Shown in pieces: positions 1 through 8,007 of a stretch of DNA of 37,689 nucleotides (positions are counted from its first letter, which is position 1; each line of letters begins with the position of its first letter). Position numbers and translations under genes: made by a program. A model generated the notes under the pieces. That model did not search any database. It worked only from the letters and a program-made list of their open reading frames with translations, and was not told where the DNA came from. Origin of the DNA: a virus (Duplodnaviria > Caudoviricetes); IMG/VR virus record IMGVR_UViG_3300027863_001395, positions 1-37,689 of that record; one strand, 5' to 3'.

Positions 1-195
1 TGCAGTGTTTATCAGTTTTTCTAAAGTTATCTTTTGCCCCACCTCATCTGCATGGAATATGATGTCGTCCACCGAATAACCTAAGTTTTCTGCTACCTTA
101 AGTATCTCTTCAAAAATCTTTTCTTCAGCCTCTGAAGTCTCCAATATTTCCTTTAACACCTCTTCTTTCCAACCATTTTTCTTTATCCTGTTCAT
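1..195 (-). CDS. Hypothetical protein, truncated at window edge (MNRIKKNGWKEEVLKEILE...)
   Basis: ATG at 195 with minus-strand GGTGAGG RBS and TTTATATA box upstream; frame open to position 1; not in ORF track. Confidence 0.75.
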   Translation of the reverse strand, partial: MNRIKKNGWKEEVLKEILETSEAEEKIFEEILKVAENLGYSVDDIIFHADEVGQKITLEKLINTA

Positions 196-246
196 TTTTT
201 CCTCACCTAACTCCCTATATACATGACTACTATATAAAGACCATTT

Positions 247-340
247 TTCCACTGCACTTCATATTATTCCAATGGAAATGTTATTTTTCCACTGAAATGT
301 TTATAAAGGTCGCATTCTTATACTAATGGTAAGGTGATGT
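247..340. promoter_or_regulatory. Divergent promoter region with three TTCCANTG(G/A/C)A boxes and TATA box
   Basis: TTCCACTGCAC 247, TTCCAATGGAA 267, TTCCACTGAAA 287; TTTATAAA at 300; TATACTAATGGTAAGGTGA before ATG 341. Confidence 0.75.
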
Positions 341-1195
341 ATGTTGGAAAAGAGTATTAAAATAGTTCGAAGTTGGTTTGAGTTAGATGATGACAGTTTT
401 TCCTATTGGAGACTGTCGGAGAGAGTTCCAAGACCTGTTTTCGATGAACTCTACAAAAAGAAAGCAATATATCGAACAGGTGAAGGAGAGAGGACAGTTT
501 GGGCAGTAAACCCCCTGAGTGCAATTCCAATCTTGGAGAAATGTGGTTATACGGTCGAGAACAAAGACAAAGTCTTGAAAGAAATTGAAGAGGAGAAGAA
601 AAGAGAGGAGAGGATTGAACAAGTGAGAAAACTTGCGTATTCGATAGAAAGAACTTGTCCAACGTGCAATGGAAAACTTCAGCCTGGAAGATGGGGACAA
701 AACTTTTTCATCCTTTCCTGTTTCAAGTGTCTTCATGAAGAAATCTTTAGTGTAAACGAGAAAAATGAAGTAAAACTTGAATGGGAAGGAAAATACAATG
801 AAGATGGTTATTATGACACAATTGAAAAACTAGAGCACCCTGAAGAATATCAAAAAAAGAAGGAAGAGGAAAGAAAAGAAAAGCTTCTTTCGGAAGCGTG
901 GTGGAAAATTAAGATGACAGAGGGAGAATGTCCAAGAAACCCAGATGGGAGTCAAATTGATTTTCCAAAAGGTGAAGTTCTCACTGACAAAATTTATCCG
1001 CCCGATATCTACGGGGGAGGCGTATGGTACGTGATACAAGACGATTACATATGGATTATCGAAAATAACGGTGCTGACGGAGACAATTGGAGTTTAAATA
1101 ATATTAAAACAGGTGGTGCTGGTGCGATTGGAAAAAAATGTAAAAGAACTCCTGAACTTGAAAAATTGGTAAGATTAAGAGCGTCTCTTGAATAA
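341..1195 (+). CDS. Hypothetical protein with Zn-ribbon (CPTC...CFKC)
   Basis: 284-aa ORF, GGTGA RBS, two CxxC pairs, Gly/Asn-rich C-terminal motif NNGADGDNWSLNNIKTGGAGAIG. Confidence 0.85.
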   Translation: MLEKSIKIVRSWFELDDDSFSYWRLSERVPRPVFDELYKKKAIYRTGEGERTVWAVNPLSAIPILEKCGYTVENKDKVLKEIEEEKKREERIEQVRKLAYSIERTCPTCNGKLQPGRWGQNFFILSCFKCLHEEIFSVNEKNEVKLEWEGKYNEDGYYDTIEKLEHPEEYQKKKEEERKEKLLSEAWWKIKMTEGECPRNPDGSQIDFPKGEVLTDKIYPPDIYGGGVWYVIQDDYIWIIENNGADGDNWSLNNIKTGGAGAIGKKCKRTPELEKLVRLRASLE

Positions 1196-1200
1196 ACTTA

Positions 1201-1223
1201 ATTTTTTCTCCCTTTTATTTTTT
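1201..1223 (+). terminator. Oligo-T archaeal terminator
   Basis: TTTTTTCTCCCCTTTTATTTTTT just after stop at 1195. Confidence 0.5.
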
Positions 1224-1249
1224 AGAAAAAGTTTATAAATGATAATAGT

Positions 1250-2263
1250 TTGTACTGGTGTGGTGTGATTTTGTTAAAACGACCTCTCAAGGAGATAGTA
1301 CTTGATTTAACGGATAGATGTCCTGCTAGATGTATATATTGCTCTGCTAATGCAGGCCCATATAATTCTCGTTTTCTAAATGTGGCCAAAGTCTTTGAGA
1401 TTTTGGATGACATTTCGAAATTAGGTGTGGAGATAGTATCTTTTAGTGGTGGAGAACCCCTACTACACCCAAATTTAATCAACATTGTCACGTACGCTAA
1501 AAAATTGGGAATAAAGGATATTAGATTGTTTACTTCAGGCCTAATATTTGATGAAGACATAGTTTGTCCAGAAAAAAAATTTTTCAAGAATTTAAAAGAT
1601 GCTGGACTTAACAAAATCTTCTTTAATCTTCAGGGGTCAACAGAAGAAATTCATAACAGATTATCTGGTGTCAAAAGCTTCTCTCATGTAATCAATGGTA
1701 TAAAATTTTCTGTTAACGTAGGACTGTATGTTGGCGTCCATTTTGTTCCAACAAAATTGAATTGGATGTCTTTTCCTCATTTTGTAAAATTCTGTGCCAA
1801 TATGGGTGTACATGAAGTTGGAGTATTAAAATTTGTGCCACAAGGAAGAGGGTTAGAAAATCGTAGAATACTCGAATTAGATGCCAACGAGTACGAAAAT
1901 TTTATTAAAATACTGAATAAAACATGTGTTCAATATACTGTGCCCCAGATTAGAGCCGGATGCCCGTGGAATGAGATTAGGAACATTAGACCGGAGTGGC
2001 CTGTAAAATATTGTTCAGCTGGCCTCTCAATGTGTCATATACTTGTAGATGGAAGCGTATCTCCATGCTCAGCATCCAAGTCGATGGGAGAACTACATGC
2101 AGGCAACGTCTTCGATGAGAGGTTAACGGACATTTGGGAGAAGGGATTCCAAAAGTTTGAGGAAATGAAAAAACTCTATGGAGGCCATACAGAATGTACT
2201 ATGCAAAAGATAATAACAAAATTTATAAATAAGAGAATATGTCTTAATGATGTGATAAGATGA
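1250..2263 (+). CDS. Radical SAM protein with SPASM/Twitch C-terminal domain
   Basis: CPARCIYC (CxxxCxxC), SGGEP, C-terminal CSAG...GSVSPC...GNV...IW; real start probably GTG 1265 or TTG 1271. Confidence 0.92.
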   Translation: MYWCGVILLKRPLKEIVLDLTDRCPARCIYCSANAGPYNSRFLNVAKVFEILDDISKLGVEIVSFSGGEPLLHPNLINIVTYAKKLGIKDIRLFTSGLIFDEDIVCPEKKFFKNLKDAGLNKIFFNLQGSTEEIHNRLSGVKSFSHVINGIKFSVNVGLYVGVHFVPTKLNWMSFPHFVKFCANMGVHEVGVLKFVPQGRGLENRRILELDANEYENFIKILNKTCVQYTVPQIRAGCPWNEIRNIRPEWPVKYCSAGLSMCHILVDGSVSPCSASKSMGELHAGNVFDERLTDIWEKGFQKFEEMKKLYGGHTECTMQKIITKFINKRICLNDVIR

Positions 2264-2490
2264 AGAAGAAAATAGTTTATATCGTGAGAGAAGGAGAACT
2301 TTCAGACTCGGGTATCATTGCAGTCTTCTCAACAAAAGAGAAGGCTGAAGAATTCATGAAAGAGTATGAGTCTAGTACTGAATTGGAAGAGTATGAGGTT
2401 GACCCGCCAAAAGAAAGTATATGGTGTGAAAAAGTAGTTCAAATTTTCTCCTCCTCTTCAGGAACATATTCTTATCTTAAAAGAGAGTAA
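2260..2490 (+). CDS. Small hypothetical viral protein
   Basis: ATGA overlap with upstream stop; VFSTKEKAEE-type motif. Confidence 0.75.
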   Translation: MKKKIVYIVREGELSDSGIIAVFSTKEKAEEFMKEYESSTELEEYEVDPPKESIWCEKVVQIFSSSSGTYSYLKRE

Positions 2491-2514
2491 TTTTCACAGA
2501 GGAAAGGTTTTTGT

Positions 2515-2841
2515 ATGAAACTGTGGACGGAGAAAACAGAAGATGACTTTTTTGGAGGACACTCTTGTTCGGTGGTCAAATATTTTACACCATATCACTT
2601 GAGCGAAGAGAAGAGGAAACAGTTTTATGACCTTTATGAGAGGATAGCAGACTATGAGGGGGAAAGAAACTTTCACTTTTACATTGACGAAGGCGACAAA
2701 TTCTATATTATCAAGTTCACGGACATGGGAGGAAAAGATATTATGGTCAGAGTAGAAAGAATACTTTCTCAAGAACCAAATGATATGGAATGGGATGATA
2801 TTCTAGAGTTCATGTTCAATTTCATTATGAGAAGAATATAA
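2515..2841 (+). CDS. Hypothetical protein
   Basis: 108-aa ORF co-directional with upstream genes. Confidence 0.7.
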   Translation: MKLWTEKTEDDFFGGHSCSVVKYFTPYHLSEEKRKQFYDLYERIADYEGERNFHFYIDEGDKFYIIKFTDMGGKDIMVRVERILSQEPNDMEWDDILEFMFNFIMRRI

Positions 2842-2861
2842 AAAAAAATAAGGGGGTGGAT

Positions 2862-3494
2862 TTAGCAGTCGAAAACATGTTCTCTCAAGTATTCCTTTTC
2901 TTCGTCTGTAAGTTTCTCTTCTCCGTCTTCTTCGTAAACTTCGTCTTCTGAAATCTTCTTTTTTACAATCGATGTTAAAATTTTTATCTCCTCACTTAAC
3001 TCGCCAACCCTTTCCAACAGTTTCTCCTTCTCCTGCTCAAGCTTTGAACACTTTTGTGTCATCTCTTCAATTTCTCTTTTCCTTTTTTCTTCTTCATATT
3101 GCTTTCTTGCCTCCTCTTCCATTATCTCCTGTCTTCTTTTTAACTCTTTGAAAATCGATAGATATTTGCTGTACACATTTTTTGTCATCTGCTGTGGCTT
3201 CAGCACCTTAACCTTTTTCGAGATAATTGCACCGTTCGGAAGTATAAAATAAAAGTCTATGCTATCATAGTAGACATCCATGCGTTTTAATAGTATTTCA
3301 TTGTCACTGAAACCCATCTTTTCTTCTTCTGTAATACTTTGAAAGACATTTTGTACACTGTTCGTCGCCATGAAACTTGCTATGTTCGAAACTCCTTCAT
3401 CACTTGAAACACTATAAGTCTTATCGTTCCACACCTTTACTAAGGCATCGTTTACACATAGACGGAAATCTCTTTCCAATCGACTTTCTTCCAA
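2862..3494 (-). CDS. Coiled-coil hypothetical protein
   Basis: 210 aa, TTG start with GGTGA RBS and conserved early-type promoter; E/K-rich C-terminal half. Confidence 0.8.
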   Translation of the reverse strand: MEESRLERDFRLCVNDALVKVWNDKTYSVSSDEGVSNIASFMATNSVQNVFQSITEEEKMGFSDNEILLKRMDVYYDSIDFYFILPNGAIISKKVKVLKPQQMTKNVYSKYLSIFKELKRRQEIMEEEARKQYEEEKRKREIEEMTQKCSKLEQEKEKLLERVGELSEEIKILTSIVKKKISEDEVYEEDGEEKLTDEEKEYLREHVFDC

Positions 3495-3499
3495 CTTTA

Positions 3500-3638
3500 T
3501 TCACCTTGACAGTAGTATAGCAAAGACGTGTTTATAAACTTTCTGTGGAAAAGAAGGTGTCCTTTTCTGACACCACAATTTCCACTGAAACATTTATAAA
3601 CCCGTTCATCTTATACTAATGACAAGGTGATGTAAAAG
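3500..3638. promoter_or_regulatory. Back-to-back early-type promoters
   Basis: Minus: TTCCACAGAAA (3540-3550)-TTTATAAA-TATACTACTG-AAGGTGA; plus: TTCCACTGAAA (3580-3590)-TTTATAAA-TATACTAATG-AAGGTGA. Confidence 0.8.
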
Positions 3639-4124
3639 ATGTTGTTTGAATACAACCGATTGAATGTGTTTAGAGAGAGAGAAGACATACCAATACTATA
3701 TCTTACTGACGAGGATTTACAAAAGTTCGTAAGGAAAACAGAAGAGATTTGTAAAGTCTTTGAAGCAAAAAACTTGTATGAGGCTGGAGTAAAGTTAATT
3801 TACGGAGAAGAGTTTGGAATACCTTTCAGACACCTTTCAACTTTAATTGAAACAGACAAACATTTCGATGAACTTATTAATGCAATTTCTTTGGTGAAGT
3901 CATACAACGAGTTCGAAGGAGAAAAAGTAGCGTTATTTTTACAAAGACACAAGGATACTTTCGATTACCTTGCGTTCGGAAGAGACGGTTCACCACTATT
4001 GCTTTTGCACCTCAGAAAAGATTTTGAAGACAAGAAGAAATTTTTGGAAGAAGCAAAACAAGAACTTCTTCCCGATGAAGTGAGTATCGACAAGGAAGGT
4101 TATGTTAGACTATGGTGGGACTAA
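3639..4124 (+). CDS. Hypothetical protein ending in RLWWD
   Basis: 161 aa, RBS, SYNEF...GRDGSP...PDE...RLWWD. Confidence 0.8.
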   Translation: MLFEYNRLNVFREREDIPILYLTDEDLQKFVRKTEEICKVFEAKNLYEAGVKLIYGEEFGIPFRHLSTLIETDKHFDELINAISLVKSYNEFEGEKVALFLQRHKDTFDYLAFGRDGSPLLLLHLRKDFEDKKKFLEEAKQELLPDEVSIDKEGYVRLWWD

Positions 4125-4159
4125 AGTTCCCACATCCCATTCTTTTTTTTAATGAGATA

Positions 4160-4201
4160 AATGTTTATAAAGGTGTCCTTTTTATACTAATGGTAAGGTG
4201 A
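4160..4201 (+). promoter_or_regulatory. Early-type promoter lacking the upstream TTCCAC box
   Basis: ATGTTTATAAAGGT...TTATACTAATGGTAAGGTGA nearly identical to 297-337; preceded by T-run 4141-4150. Confidence 0.75.
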
Positions 4202-4516
4202 ATGATAATGGAAAATGAGAATAAAGTAAGAGAAGAAGACCTCTGGTATGTCAGAGAACTTGAAATACTGATAGAAAGATATAGGACAGTTGGTGCAAGA
4301 CATCCTGTTAAAATGTACACTTTCCTACCCCCTGACCATCCATATTCTCAGGCCCATATAAAATGGCTTGAATCTTCTCTTAAACTGATAAAGAGAGAGA
4401 TTACAGTAGACGAGTGCGACGAAATACAGTCAAAACTTGAGGAGGAGATGAAGATTTGGGAAAGAAAATTTGAGGATGAAGAGAATTTAAAAAGAGGCGA
4501 AGGAAAATGGAAATAG
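4202..4516 (+). CDS. Hypothetical protein
   Basis: 104-aa ORF after promoter/RBS. Confidence 0.75.
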   Translation: MIMENENKVREEDLWYVRELEILIERYRTVGARHPVKMYTFLPPDHPYSQAHIKWLESSLKLIKREITVDECDEIQSKLEEEMKIWERKFEDEENLKRGEGKWK

Positions 4517-4908
4517 AAGTTTCAGAGTTCGAGAAAAAATATCCTGGGCCAAGAGATTGGGTTAAATTGGGTTCTAAAGTAAACTTGTGGTGGCCGGGAG
4601 AAGGGTGGAAGATACTTATAGAATTTCCTTTTACCGTCAAATTGTCTAACGGTGGATGTTTCAATTGGATTTCAAGCGAAGGATGTGTTTTACTAGCGTT
4701 ACAGGATTTGCTTGGAAAAGAAAAACTTAAGGAGTTTTTCAAAAGAGCCTATCCTCAGGAAAGATTGCCTGAGGACCTTGAAGAGTGGAGAATATTCTTT
4801 GGTAAATCGATTGAATGGAAAGACTTTCCTCTTCTCCTTGACGACTTAACAGACATCAACTACCACAGTCTCAGAGAGGTTATCGAAGAAGAACTTGGCT
4901 TTATCTAA
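4507..4908 (+). CDS. Hypothetical protein
   Basis: 133 aa, overlaps upstream stop. Confidence 0.75.
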   Translation: MEIEVSEFEKKYPGPRDWVKLGSKVNLWWPGEGWKILIEFPFTVKLSNGGCFNWISSEGCVLLALQDLLGKEKLKEFFKRAYPQERLPEDLEEWRIFFGKSIEWKDFPLLLDDLTDINYHSLREVIEEELGFI

Positions 4909-5308
4909 ACTTTCCCCCTCTTCTTCTTTTTTCTTCCTCATATTTTTTAATTCTTTCTGTATCTTTATTAGACCTGTAACTATAATCTTTCCAGAACGCT
5001 TCAACGTCAACATCTGTTTTCGGATAATATGATATTCCACCCCATTCAGAGTTCCATGCCCTGATAATAGAACCGTCGTCTAACATGAGAAAAATTACTC
5101 CCGCATCTTTCCAAAAATCTGTTGGCCCATCAATTTGTATCGCATCACCTTCTTCAGTGTCAAAATATACTCCAACAATCTTTTTCCCTTCGAGTGTCAT
5201 AGAGATTTCAGCCTTTTTCAACATGTTTACATCACATTCTTGACATTTCATAACCTCTTCTTCAGATGTAACCTTCTTCTTGCAAATTGGACAAAAGAAC
5301 TCGCTCAC
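4901..5308 (-). CDS. Hypothetical protein with N-terminal Zn-ribbon
   Basis: CPIC...CQEC; GAGGTGA RBS. Confidence 0.8.
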   Translation of the reverse strand: MSEFFCPICKKKVTSEEEVMKCQECDVNMLKKAEISMTLEGKKIVGVYFDTEEGDAIQIDGPTDFWKDAGVIFLMLDDGSIIRAWNSEWGGISYYPKTDVDVEAFWKDYSYRSNKDTERIKKYEEEKRRRGGKFR

Positions 5309-5321
5309 ATTCTCTCACCTC

Positions 5322-5516
5322 TCACATTTCAGTGAAAACCCAATAGAGGAAGACAATGTCAATGAGTGAAGCAATAAACGAGGTGACGACAGCATCAATT
5401 CCCTCTTTAACCTCTCTTCCACCGTATGCATATTTTCCACAATTAAAAATGTTCACGAAGGCACTGACACCAAAGAGTGCTAGGAGAGCTATTTTTAAAA
5501 GGTTCATTTTAATCAT
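5322..5516 (-). CDS. Small two-TM membrane protein
   Basis: Two hydrophobic segments; TTATAAAT box upstream. Confidence 0.65.
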   Translation of the reverse strand: MIKMNLLKIALLALFGVSAFVNIFNCGKYAYGGREVKEGIDAVVTSFIASLIDIVFLYWVFTEM

Positions 5517-5598
5517 CTCATGTCATGGTTTCAGAAGGAGATTTATAAGTTTTTCTATGGTATATGTAAGAAAATTATTATACTTTTTCTACAACCGT

Positions 5599-5943
5599 CT
5601 ATTCTTCGTCGACATCGTATACGTCAAAGAATGTTTCAATCATTTCATTTTCATTAAATTTTCCCTCTTTAATCTCTTTCTCGAAAACGTCAAGAAGTTC
5701 AGTAAGATGCTCGTCCACAAGATGGTCTGCACGCTCATTTTCTGGTATCTCTGACGAGCAAAACTCACATTTTCCATCTTTAAAAAACTTGCTAACATCT
5801 CTTTCTCCAAGCAAAATCTTTTCCAGTTGGCCTTCAGACCACGAGTCTAAAACTTCTTTAAAATGTTCTCGGAGAAGATGGTCTACTGCCTCCTTTCTGC
5901 TCTCAAATATTTCGGCACATTCGTGGCATTCGTATACCTGCAT
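5599..5943 (-). CDS. Acidic tandem C2H2 zinc-finger protein
   Basis: CHEC..HLLREH and CEFC..HLVDEH; TTTAAATA box at 5966-5973. Confidence 0.8.
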   Translation of the reverse strand: MQVYECHECAEIFESRKEAVDHLLREHFKEVLDSWSEGQLEKILLGERDVSKFFKDGKCEFCSSEIPENERADHLVDEHLTELLDVFEKEIKEGKFNENEMIETFFDVYDVDEE

Positions 5944-6019
5944 ACGTTTTCTACTGTAAAACGTTTATTTAAATGTTTTGAACAAAAGTTTAAATACCTT
6001 CTTCCATAAAAACTATTGT

Positions 6020-6340
6020 ATGCCTGAACCGATTTTGACAGCAGAATTAACCGACATAATTGAAGAAACCAGCCTCGCAAACCTTGATGAGAAGTTAGAA
6101 GAGAACATAAAATATATTTTGGACAGAGAAGGTTTCAAATACTATGATGTCGTCGTCCCCCCAATAAGCGTAGAGTGGGAATTGTCAGATGAAATCCTCC
6201 TTTATTCAGCAGACTTTGAAATCTTTTCCTCACAAAATGAAATATCATATTATGGTGTAGTATATGGTACAATGTCGCCGGTGGACGAGAACACTGTCGA
6301 AATCCGTGACATGACAATAGAAGTTTATGAAAAAGATTAG
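6020..6340 (+). CDS. Highly acidic small protein (MPEPILT...)
   Basis: ATG 6020 lies 23 nt after TTTAAATA (5989-5996); D/E-rich. Confidence 0.75.
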   Translation: MPEPILTAELTDIIEETSLANLDEKLEENIKYILDREGFKYYDVVVPPISVEWELSDEILLYSADFEIFSSQNEISYYGVVYGTMSPVDENTVEIRDMTIEVYEKD

Positions 6341-6341
6341 T

Positions 6342-6710
6342 ATGCCAAAGTTTGTTGTTCAAGAACATCATGCCAAGAAGGCTGGACTACACTATGATTT
6401 TAGGCTAGAACATGAGGGTGTGCTCAAAAGTTGGGCTTGTAGAAAGCCTCCTCCAACTGTGGTGGGAAGAAGGGTTCTTGCAGTAGAAACGGAAGACCAT
6501 CCTCTCTGGTATCTGACTTTCGAGGGAGAGATTGAAAGCAGTTACGGTAAAGGGACAGTTAAAATATGGGACACGGGAGAATATGAGATGGTTTCTGAAG
6601 AACCTGACAAGATTGTCTTCATCTTATACGGTGAAAAGTTGAAGGGATACTATGCTCTCGTGAAAATGGATGCTGACAACTGGTTGCTTATGAAAGTGGA
6701 CACCCTCTAG
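6342..6710 (+). CDS. Stand-alone LigD-type DNA 3'-phosphoesterase (PE domain)
   Basis: FVVQEHHA..LHYDFRLE..GVLKSWA..EDHPLWY..FEGEI..YGKGTVKIWDTG signature. Confidence 0.92.
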   Translation: MPKFVVQEHHAKKAGLHYDFRLEHEGVLKSWACRKPPPTVVGRRVLAVETEDHPLWYLTFEGEIESSYGKGTVKIWDTGEYEMVSEEPDKIVFILYGEKLKGYYALVKMDADNWLLMKVDTL

Positions 6711-6865
6711 CAGTCGTCATCATATAATATTCCTGCATATTCGTGATGTCCAGCCATACTCGAAGAAAACCATATATCGTCTTGGAGAATAAAAATTCGA
6801 TGTGATGAACCGGAATAGTTGAATCTTGTGTTCACAGACCATCCAATTATTTTTCTTGAACTCAT
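6707..6865 (-). CDS. 52-aa protein ending YDDDC
   Basis: Manually translated: MSSRKIIGWSVNTRFNYSGSSHRIFILQDDIWFSSSMAGHHEYAGILYDDDC; GGAGG RBS; CTAG stop overlap with PE gene. Confidence 0.55.
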   Translation of the reverse strand: MSSRKIIGWSVNTRFNYSGSSHRIFILQDDIWFSSSMAGHHEYAGILYDDDC

Positions 6866-6889
6866 ATCCTTCCCTCCAATTCAAGATTT

Positions 6890-7102
6890 TTAGCAGTCGT
6901 CCACAAAATATGTTATCAATGTGGAATTTTTATCAGGATACATTGTTATTGTGGAATCTTCAAATCTTGACATGTTTGAGGAAAGAAATATGTTACTTGA
7001 GGGGCTAAAGTTTGGATAGAATGTAATAGAATAATTGTTTTCTGAAGTTGAATACCGTCTAAAGATATTACTGTCAAATCTAAACATCTTGCCTTTGCTC
7101 AT
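6890..7102 (-). CDS. 70-aa Ser/Asn-rich protein ending FVDDC
   Basis: ORF track; tandem with 6707..6865. Confidence 0.5.
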   Translation of the reverse strand: MSKGKMFRFDSNIFRRYSTSENNYSITFYPNFSPSSNIFLSSNMSRFEDSTITMYPDKNSTLITYFVDDC

Positions 7103-7145
7103 GCCTTATCTTTCCTAACCTGGGATTTTTAAACTTTACCATCAT

Positions 7146-7243
7146 TTCCACTGGAAAGTTCATGAAAGGAGAACTTATATTTAAACACCATCGTTTCCAC
7201 TGAATATTTATATAGGTCTTGTTCCTATACTGATGATAGGTGA
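7146..7243. promoter_or_regulatory. Early-type promoter with two TTCCACTG boxes
   Basis: TTCCACTGGAA 7146, TTCCACTGAAT 7195, TTTATATA 7207, TATACTGATG-ATAGGTGA. Confidence 0.75.
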
Positions 7244-7251
7244 TAAAGAAA

Positions 7252-8007
7252 ATGGAAAATGAAAAAATAACTCTCCTCGACTTCTTGAATGTTGGGGAGA
7301 GTGTTGGTTTGGAAAAAGAGAATGAAAGAAAAAATGAAGGAGAAATTGTATTAGAAAACCTTGACAAGCCACAACTTATTCAACAACTAAAAGAACTGTT
7401 GAAAGATATTGAACCTCAGCATTACTTCGGAGAAAGTTGGACAGTCAATTATACAAAAGAAAGGGCGAACAGGTATTGGTTAACTATTTCAAAGTTTCAA
7501 CTTTCGTTGCACGGGAAAATTTGGAATATTATTGACAATTACGACTCTCTCAGAGTAAAAGGAGTTTATGAGACATGTGAACTTTGTGGCCACACTCCAT
7601 GCAGGGACATGTATGTTATCAGCCCACTCTCTAAAAAGGAATATGAGGAGAGAGTTGAGGCTCTCAAAATGATTTTGCCTCCAAAAGAATTTGAGGCGGA
7701 GAAGAAAAAGTTTTCTCTTACAATAGGAAACGAATGTGTTGTCAACTATCTTCATGATGAGGAACAGAAAAAGTATATTAAAAGTTACAGGAGAACACAG
7801 GAGAAACTCTTCAATTTTGAACTTGTCGGTGATTTAACGAGCAGAATATATGCTTTTAAGAAAATCTATTATGAAACACTTGATTTTTCAGAGTCTATCT
7901 TCTTGAGAGATATTATACAGATTTTGGCACGAGGAGATATCCCGACAAAGAAAGACCTTATCAGGGCAATTGAAATAGTGAAAAAATATCTCTCAGAGGT
8001 GGTGTAA
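7252..8007 (+). CDS. Hypothetical Zn-binding protein
   Basis: CELCGH...IGNEC; ATG 7252 after GGTGA. Confidence 0.8.
   Translation: MENEKITLLDFLNVGESVGLEKENERKNEGEIVLENLDKPQLIQQLKELLKDIEPQHYFGESWTVNYTKERANRYWLTISKFQLSLHGKIWNIIDNYDSLRVKGVYETCELCGHTPCRDMYVISPLSKKEYEERVEALKMILPPKEFEAEKKKFSLTIGNECVVNYLHDEEQKKYIKSYRRTQEKLFNFELVGDLTSRIYAFKKIYYETLDFSESIFLRDIIQILARGDIPTKKDLIRAIEIVKKYLSEVV

Noticed and set aside
2488-2515. Stop readthrough joining in-frame ORFs 2260..2490 and 2515..2841
   Set aside because: TAA stop, downstream ATG with purine-rich leader, no other sign of recoding
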